From Utricularia gibba (Eukaryota; Plantae; Magnoliophyta), in the NCBI GenBank assembly GCA_002189035.1, contig NEEC01000010.1, forward strand, positions 1,922,001 through 1,986,000: a stretch of DNA of 64,000 nucleotides, given 5' to 3'. Both the position numbers and the translations under genes were made by a program. Shown piece by piece: positions 55,470 to 64,000 of the stretch. The notes beneath the pieces are model-generated. The model was not told the origin of the DNA and did no database searches. It saw only the letters and a program-made list of their open reading frames with translations. Each line of letters starts with the position of its first letter. Positions within the stretch are counted from its first letter, which is position 1.

Positions 55470-55752
55470 AATTGGGCCTTGAACTTGATGGGCCTATCTG
55501 TATTGGGCCAACCAGGCGCAAACGGATCCAATTCATGTTTAAACATTTGTTCTCGAACAAAAAAGAAGCTTCTAAAATTTTTTGTGGCGCCACGTGGCGA
55601 TGAATCGAAGCGCGCCTTAGATATTAAATGGTCTTGGATGCTTCTAAACTTTCCAGAAGGTTCCAGGGATGCCTGGCTGCAAGTGGCTGATGATTCTAGT
55701 GGCCACGAAACTGCCACGTGTTTATGTGGGCCATCACGTATTCGACGTGGCA
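55470..55752 (+). promoter_or_regulatory. Cluster of site-II (TGGGCC) and G-box/ABRE elements in the RCC1-gene promoter
   Basis: Four TGGGCC, palindrome GCCACGTGGC at 55589-55598, GCCACGTG at 55713-55720, GACGTGGC at 55744-55751. Confidence 0.55.
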
Positions 55753-55917
55753 GCATGGCTAGTCCAGTATTGATACGATACACCTCTTTTTATTGGTTAG
55801 GGCACTTTAAGCGTTCGACTTTCGTTCCCGTCGGGTCATACATTTGCACCTCGAATTTGAGATCCCGAAGCTGCCATTTTGGTGGATTGGGTTCCAATTT
55901 TGGGGTTTTTGTGTCAA

Positions 55918-58411
55918 ATGAATGGGAATAGAAGTGAACAAGATCTGAGAATGGAGGAAAAATTGGTGTTCATGTGGGGTTATTTGCCCGGAGCTTTGCC
56001 ACAGAGAGCGCCTATTTTGTCGCCGACAGTCGTGCCGCCGCCGCAAGGTGAAGGATTGTGGAAGGATGTTTGTGGCGGTGGCTGTGGTTTTTCTGTAGCT
56101 CTTTCAGGTGGTTTTGAGTTATTCAGCAATTTAGTTTTCTTCGACTTGTATTTTCCATTCTATTACATTCGCCCGCTTTATTTTTTTATCACATTTAAAC
56201 AACTTCCTTTGATTCCCAGACTCCGGAAAACTAATTACATGGGGTTCAGCGGATGACTTGGGTCAAAGTTATGTAGCATCTGGGAAACATGGGGTAATAG
56301 AATGTACGATGTTTTTCTTGTTGTTGAAGCGAGACCCTCGATTTCGTTTGTCATAACTAGCTGTTTCACACTGATATTGTTAAGGAAATGCCAGAGCCTT
56401 TTCCACTTCCCTCTGGGGTTGTAATCGTGAATGCTGATGCCGGATGGGCGCATTGCGTTGCCTCAACAGGTAGTTTTTGAGTTACTCGTTAGAGTCAGCG
56501 GATTCTGAAAATTGACTTTTGGAGTACTAACGGTTGAATTCAGTGGGTGGAGATGTTTACACTTGGGGCTGGAACGAATGCATTCCTTCTGGAAAAGTTC
56601 TTGAGGACTCTAGCGTATCAACCACAGATAAGGAGGAGGAAAGGCTAGACAAACAAGGTTCCATGTCGAACGAGCAGGGTATTGCTGCTTTTTCCTGGAC
56701 AAAAATTACGTACAGACTCTCTTGTTCATTTCACATGTCTAATTTGTTGTAGAGTGACTCAGTTTCAGTGAGTTCTCATGCGCAAGGAAGATCAACTGGT
56801 GGTTCTGTGTCAGCCAGCGATAGTAAAGGGTCTGATGAGGTTTCAAAACGAAGACGTCTATTGAATGCTAAACAGGCTGCTGAAACCGCATTCTCAGGGG
56901 ATGACACGCTTTCAGCAGTGCCGTGCTTGGTAGCACTCAACCCTAGTGTAAGGATTCTTTCTGTAGCTGCTGGTGGTCGGCACACATTAGTATTATCAGG
57001 TAGCTCATTATATTGTTCTAATTTATCTTTTTTGAATGTGTTGCGTTATCTAGGAGTACCATAATTGCTCATCTCCATTTTCTGTTTATCGTCAAAGTTA
57101 CAGATGTGGGACAGGTTTGGGGTTGGGGCCATGGAGGTGAGGGGCAGCTTGGTATGGGTTCGCGGGTCAGAATGGTGACCTCACCACATCCCATACCCTG
57201 CATTGATTCATCCTTTAACTCTGGAAATAATCTATCGGAGGGTCAGGCATCAAGGGTTCCTGGTAGTTATGTAAAAGCAATTGCTTGTGGAGGGAGACAT
57301 AGCGCAGTAATTACAGGTTGGTGAACTAGAGGTTATGCTTGTGAATATACCTGTGTATGAAAGTTATCTCATGCATATTTGCTTGCTTCAATAGATGCAG
57401 GTGCACTATTGACTTTTGGTTGGGGGTTGTATGGGCAGGTGAGTTTCTTCCTTACCTGGTTCTATTGTTGCCATGTTTTTTTCTGTACTTTGGAATTGCT
57501 TGCAAAAACAAAAGGTAGAAAGCATTTGTAGCATACGCTCCCATAAATATAACTATATAATGCAATGATGCTACCCTGATCATGAGAAGGAAGTACTTTT
57601 GTCACAAGTAAATGAATCCATTTCTCGATCCGTCAGTTTGGCTATCTGCTATGTATTTGTTATAATTGGTGACTCTAAAAGTTTGTATCTTGATATTGCT
57701 GTAGTGCGGTCAAGGAAGTACAGACGACGAATTAAGTCCCATTTGTGTTTCTTCCCTACTCGGCATCAGGATAGATGGAGTAGCAGCAGGACTTTGGCAC
57801 ACTGTATCCATTTCAGCGGATGGCGATGTCTATGCATTTGGGGGAAATCAGTTTGGCCAGCTAGGAACAGGGGGTGATCTTGCAGAGGTACACTGCATGT
57901 TTACTTCTCTCAAGTATCTATGACCTCCCTCCCATTCCTCCTAGTACTATTGACGATGGGCTGTTTACATCTCGCTGGTAGACTCTGCCCCGGCTCCTCG
58001 AAGCTCCAAGTCTCGAGAATACAGTTGCCAAAGCAGTATCGTGCGGAGCTCGGCACAGCGCCGTCGTTACAGGTTCGTTGTTTACCTCCCTGAGCCTGTG
58101 CTGCTCGGTCATTCATACATTTCCTGGCTTGCTGCCATGTTGCTTATCCAAGTTTCATCATTTTTTATTGAAGATGATGGGCAGTTAGTATGCTGGGGAT
58201 GGAACAAATACGGACAGGTACGATGTCTCAACTCATGCAGTTTACTCAATCCTGCGAGCACCCATTAACAAATGAGCCATCCAAACAGCTCGGTCTGGGC
58301 GACGTGATCGATCGCAACACGCCATGCCATGTCCCCCTCGAGGGGTGTGTAGCGAAGAAGGTGGCCTGTGGCTGGTGGCACACGCTCCTGCTCGCCGAGC
58401 CTCGACCGTGA
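55918..58411 (+). CDS. RCC1-repeat (UVR8-like fold) family protein, multi-exon
   Basis: Repeats LVFMWGYLPG, VYTWGWNEC, VAAGGRHTL, VWGWGHGGEGQLG, IACGGRHS, VAAGLWHT, VYAFGGNQFGQLG, VSCGARHS, WGWNKYGQLG, VACGWWHTL. TGA at 58409-58411. Confidence 0.92.
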
Positions 58412-61094
58412 GGAACGCTTTTAACCTCCGGCCGCCGTGCCCGGAGTTTGGACGAAGCAGGGAACAGTTTTGTTTGCTAGGAGTTTCGAGCACCAGACAG
58501 GAGTGTTGGAAGTGAAGAACCACACGCTCTGCCTTCAGACAGACGTAGCCTCTCATCGGACAACTAAACCTTTGCAGCCCTGTAATGTTATGTATGTAGC
58601 AGCCACCGCCATTCTCCTCTCTGTAACTTCCGCTGCTTCTTCCATAGAAACTAGAAACCAGGTTTCACGTCAGGTGTACTATTTATATCTGTACTTGAAA
58701 CTCCATCAGAAAATGAACTGTACTTGGAGTGTACTATTTCAAGTCCAAAAACCCCCACTTATATTCTATGAATTAATTTATAGAAAACAATATTACATAT
58801 TTTACAGGGTCGTTTTATCAATGAATTAAATTTAAACGACAAAACAAACATTTATTAATGTGCTACTTATCAAGATGAGTCATGGGCAGTTAGATTAAAC
58901 ACATCAAAATATAAAATTTTATAATAATATTATAATGTCATACCAATCCAGAAACAACAGTTACCAAACGACGACGCATGTATCCCATTAATAACTTTGT
59001 CAGGTAGCAACTTGTTTCACAAGGTCCACTAAACAATAATATTAACTATTAGAAAAATAAGATCATCATTCACATTTCAATGTCAAAAAACAAAATTTTT
59101 TGTCCTAACCTAAAGTGGCAAAACAAAAAATCACAATATAAGTTTCAAAACATTGATATATACTAAAATTGCATAAAAAAAATATCCATCTTAAAAAAAA
59201 TAAAATAGATTAATAATATGAAAGATTTGTTCTGTTTTATAAATTTATTAATGTAATTTTTTTTAAATTCTTATAGATTTTTATTTTTTATTTGTAGTAA
59301 AATTAATAATTCCAGTTTTGAGATTAAATTCAAAAAAATATTGAATTTCCTTAATATCTATTTTAGTTTATTAAATAATAAATTAAATTAAAAATGATAT
59401 TATATATACATATATTAAATTTTATAATAATTTAATATATTAAATTATATAACATAATTTTATGCAAAGTTTTCTAATATCAAAATTGATTATATTCAAA
59501 TTATCTTAAAACTAATTATATCATACGAAACCATATATTAAAACAAAGAACAGCTCATTGCATCAATCAATTAGTATACAACTAACTAAGTAAAATAATC
59601 AATTCTTTAATAAAATATAAGATTTAGAGTATTGAGAAGTCATTTTGGATGTGCATTTCAATGATTGAGGGTTAGGGGTGGAATCGAGTGCAGGAGGTGC
59701 ATGTGAACCAGGACCGGGGGTCAGAGTACGCGGTGCCCAAGTCTCTTTTCTCAAGCTTGTCGCTTCTGGGAGACTTCTCCCAGCCTTTGTCAACCTGTCA
59801 CACCTAGATCTCGACCTTGATAACGATTAAATAATTTCAATAATTCAAAAAAATGTCCAATTTATTCAATTGGATGATGAATTTTTTAAAATTGTTTATT
59901 AAAAAAAGAATGGAATTTTTGCATAGTGTGGGGGCGGACAAGAAGGTTTCATTCACATTTGATGAAGTGTGTGTGGGGGAAGGCAAAACAGTTCATTTCT
60001 TGAACCATCAATTCGATTCATGATCTGCGTAATGGGATGTAAAGAGTTGTGATTGTCGGCTGCTGCTATGAAAATGGACGTCTGGTTTATGGGGGTCGGA
60101 TTCGGATTGGCAATCGGCGTTGCGGGGTGCGTGGTTGTGTGTGTATAGGCGCGTGTTGTGTGTATGTATATAATGGACGGCAACTTGCGCTTGTCTTTCT
60201 CGATTTCAGCGTTTTCACCCTAAATGGTACAATGGGTGGCGATCTTGGCATTTTTTTAATCTAGGAAAAGAATCCGAAGCTGCGGTAATGAGGGAAATCT
60301 TGTGAGGGGGGGTGTTGAATGAGTGGGTCCTGGGAATTTATGGGAATGCGCTGCTGTGTAAGCTGGGCCTCAGTAAGAATCTTTCTCTTCCGTCGGTGGA
60401 ATTGAAGATTTCGCAGCTTTTTAAGGTACTGCTTCAGCTTGTGTTTCAGTGAGTTCGCTGTTTTTTTCTGGGTGTTTTCTCAGTTTGCTGCGTTGGATCA
60501 AAATGGGTGCTATTTGGTAGAAGCTTCCCACTTATCCATTCCAGGGGATCGTTTGATCTTCAATTTATGGAGTTATGATTTGAGTGGCAGTCCCTGGCTT
60601 ATCTGTTGTTCCTTAGTTTTAAGGGAACTGCTGATGTTCATGCTCGTGAGTGAGTTTTTGTTTGTTATCTATGCCTGTCTTTTTTTTTCGTTTGTTCCCC
60701 TGCAATCTCCTTTTAGATGAAAGGACAGTGCTTCCTGTAAAGTTCTTCCTTTGGGTTTCAGTTTGCTTTTTCAGAGTCATGTGACTAGTTTCACAGATTA
60801 CTTTAATTATATCGTCGGTGCCCTGCAGAGTTGCACTGCTGATACTAGATTCATCGAAACTGGTGTTTAAATAAGAGAATCTAAAGGAAATTCATTGTTT
60901 CTCAATTGGAAAAGCCTGTTATGTGAAAAGCCTTTGGTGGGATCCGAGCAGATCCAACCGATGGTGCTGATCATTGTTGCATTGGTGCTGAAAAGCCTTA
61001 TCTGTGAATGATATGACTTTCCTTTTTTTGCGCATCGGGTTCTGTTCTGTATGCTTCCGCATGGTTCATGCTTCGATATTTCTCAGGTAATAAA

Positions 61095-63743
61095 ATGTCC
61101 AGACCTCTTCTTCGCAATATAACCAGTGGAAGAGGAAGCTTTTCACAAGGTAGCAATGGGTACTGGCCAGATTCTCAGAAGAAAGAAGAAGATGTAGATC
61201 GAAACAGCAAAAAAGGTGCTGATGATGTGCATTCGTTCTCAATGGATTCTGCTTTAGCTATTCTTACACTGACAGTATCTCTAAAACACAGGTGGTATAG
61301 AGAATGGTATTGTATCTGAAACCTTCAGTCCTGTGCTGATAAGGAGTCGACACAAATCTATTGTTTCTTTCCTCAGATATAGTTCCATAGTTATTGTTGT
61401 TCTTGCTCTTACTGGTTCCTTGTTGTGGACGCTTTCCATAACCTCAGTCTCGAGTCATAAACCTTTCCGGGGTTACAGGCGACTTCAGGAGCAGTTGGTA
61501 TCAGAGCTTTATGAAATAGGGGAGCTTTCTCTTGGTTTGTCAAGGTCAAAAGAATTGGAATTCTGTTCAGAGGAATTTGAAAACCATGTCCCCTGCTTCA
61601 ACGTTTCTGAAAATCTTGCCCTCGGATTTTCTGATGGTAAGGAGTTCACTCGCCATTGTGAAAACATCATGAAGCAAAATTGCTTGCTTCTACCCCTGCC
61701 AGTTACAGAACCCCCCTACGCTGGCCAACCGGAAAAGATGTCATATGGTTGGCAAATGTTAGAATTACTGCACAGGAAGTTCTTTCGTCTGGAAGTTTAA
61801 CTAAAAGGTTCTTTTTCATCCATTGTCTCTATTGTTGGCTAGCGGGCTTGACTCATTGTTTCTTCTGATTGTTCTTCTTTTATGTGTCAATGCAGAATGA
61901 TGATGTTGGATGAAGATCAGGTTTCTTTTCGTTCTATGTCAAACGCTTTTGATGTCGAGGATTACTCCCATCAAATCGCTGAAATAATGGGGCTAAGAAA
62001 TGTGTCCTACTTAACACAAGCAGGAGTACGTGGATTACTCCCATCAAGTTGAAGCTTCTTTTGATAATGTGTGCTTCTATGAGGCAGCTTCATCTTCTGC
62101 GTTTTATCTCAGGTTAGAACCATTCTGGACATCGAATGTGGTTATGGCAGTTTTGGAGCTCATCTCTATTCGCATGAAGTATTAACAATGTGCTTAGCAA
62201 ACTACGAGTCCTCTGGGAGCCAAGTGCAGCTAACTCTCGAAAGAGGCCTTCCTGCCATGATTGGTTCCTTTACAACTAAGCAGTTGCCATTCCCTTCTCT
62301 TTCATTTGATCTCATACATTGCGCAAGATGCCATGTTGAGTGGGAGAAAAAAGGTATACTTGATTCTTCTTTGATGATAGAATGGAGCAATCTTCTTTGA
62401 TTTGTGATTCTTCGGATGTGGTTCAGAGGGGATACATTTGGTTGAAGCTGATCGGCTGCTGCGCCCTGGTGGGTATTTCGTGTGGACTGATCCACTTACA
62501 AATTCTCAGCGCTCCCCTAGAAAAAAAGATGGCCGGAAAAAATGGAACGCCGTGCGGTTGCTTACAGAGAATCTCTGCTGGGAGATGTTGCCTCAACAAG
62601 ATGAAACTGTGATCTGGAGAAAGACAAGCAAGAAGAGTTGCTATGCTGCCAGGTAAGGCAACTAGTGCCATCAGATGTTCTCCTCCTCGGCCGTATGTAG
62701 TGACAGTTTGTATGGTATCAATGGGGGCGATCTTTCTTTGTAGGAAAACTGCCTCGCCGGTGCTGTGCAGCAAGGACCGTGATGTTGAAACTCCGTACTA
62801 CAGAAATCTCCAGCCCTGCATCGGAGGATTCGCTAGCCGCCGCTGGGTCCCCATTGAGCATCGCAGAAGGTGGCCGGCGCAGGCTGAGCTCAACTCCACT
62901 GAACTTGGACTGCACGGTAATGCTTTCATTGCTCGTACAAGATGGAGGGAAAAGTAGCTTCGTTGTAATGGAGTTCCCTTCTTCACAGGCCTGCCATCTG
63001 AAGAACTTGCTCTGGATGCCGGCTTCTGGCAAAACGCTGTCACCAACTATTGGTCTCTGCTGTCGCCCCTTATCTTTTCCGACCACCCCAAACGACCTGG
63101 GGAAGAAGACCCTTCACCACCGTACAACATGATGAGAAATGTCATGGATATGAATGCTCGTTTCGGCGGACTCAATCACGCCTTGCTGCAAACTGGGAAA
63201 TCTGTATGGGTCATGAACGTCGTTCCTACAAAAGGGACCAACACTTTACCACTCATCCTTGACAGGGGATTCTTGGGAGTACTTCATGACTGGTGAGTTT
63301 TCCATCTCCTTCCACACTGCGCACTCTTTCGTGGCAAAACAGTCCAATTTCGCAGCCGTGATTCGCAGGTGCGAGGCGTTTCCGACGTACCCGAGAACAT
63401 ACGACCTGGTTCACGCACAGGGGCTACTCTCTCTCGAGTTTTCCGACAAACCAAGATGCCAGATGATGGATTTGTTTGCTGAGATAGACCGGATGCTTCG
63501 CCCCGAGGTTCATATCCCTCCTGAACTTGCATCTTTTATACATTCAGATGCGTTAACAGGCATGGCTGATGGCTTCAAATCCAGGGATGGGTGATCCTGA
63601 GGGACACCATTCGCTTGATCGAGCTGGCGAGGTCCCTGGCGACGCACTTCAAGTGGGAGACGCGCATCGTTGAGATCGAAAGCAGCAGCGACGAGCGGCT
63701 CCTCATCTGCCAGAAGCCCTTCCTGAAGCAGCAACCGAGTTGA
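61095..63743 (+). CDS. QUA2: QUASIMODO2/TSD2/OSU1-like putative pectin methyltransferase (PMT family), with two reading-frame anomalies (about 61216-61291 and 61693-61696)
   Basis: TM segment IVIVVLALTGSLLWTLSI, YRRLQEQLVSEL, PLRWPTGKDVIW, SAM motif ILDIECGYGSFGAHL, QVQLTLERGLPAMIGSF, SDHPKRPGEEDPSPPYNMMRNVMDMNA, FPTYPRTYDLVHA. Ends QKPFLKQQPS* with TGA at 63741-63743. Confidence 0.93.
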
Positions 63744-64000
63744 TTGATGATCGATCATACGAAACTACAGCTACCCAAATACAGCACACTTTTTGTTACA
63801 CCCATCTTCTCCGAAAGCGGTGAAGCTGAGAATTCTTTTTGAAAGGCTGCCGGATTGCAGGCGTGCGGCGGAAGTGGAGCTCTGTAAGTGAACATAAAAA
63901 GGCGAAATGGCTGTGTTTCTGCTGTAACGGGACGATACATTGCGCTATCTTTAGACGGAATATAGAAATTATTTATTATTTAAATTATATATTTATTTTC

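Noticed and set aside
58830-59580. Long AT-rich stretch (also 2790-3380 and 51420-51700) considered as MITE or Helitron remnant
   Set aside because: No terminal inverted repeats, target-site duplications or Helitron ends were seen.

Overview
Very gene-dense plant (eudicot, probably asterid) nuclear DNA with short introns and spacers often only about 0.5-1.3 kb long. No transposon, rRNA, tRNA or CRISPR signal was recognised. Sixteen recognisable genes, left to right: a Raf-like/CTR1-EDR1-type kinase (-, runs off the left edge), a J-domain protein (-), SABRE/KIP (+), plastid glucose-6-phosphate isomerase (+), a REN1-like PH-RhoGAP (+), a UBP16/17-like MYND deubiquitinase (-), a coiled-coil protein (+), an uclacyanin-type phytocyanin (+), a classical arabinogalactan protein (-), long-form COX6b-1 (-, absent from the ORF track), a 14-3-3 (-), DAHP synthase (-), two tandem EXORDIUM/PHI-1 genes (+), an RCC1-repeat protein (+) and a QUA2/TSD2-like pectin methyltransferase (+). 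Four otherwise intact genes are each broken by one apparently missing C in a short C run, which looks more like a systematic sequencing error than pseudogenisation. Other leads: a possible newly intronised 76-nt segment in QUA2, an unrecognised candidate 5-exon gene head-to-head with the J-domain gene, a tandem-repeat expansion in the acidic N-terminus of COX6b-1, and several promoter motif clusters including a canonical G-quadruplex motif. I found no clearly novel multi-gene system. Family assignments come from recalled motifs, not database searches.
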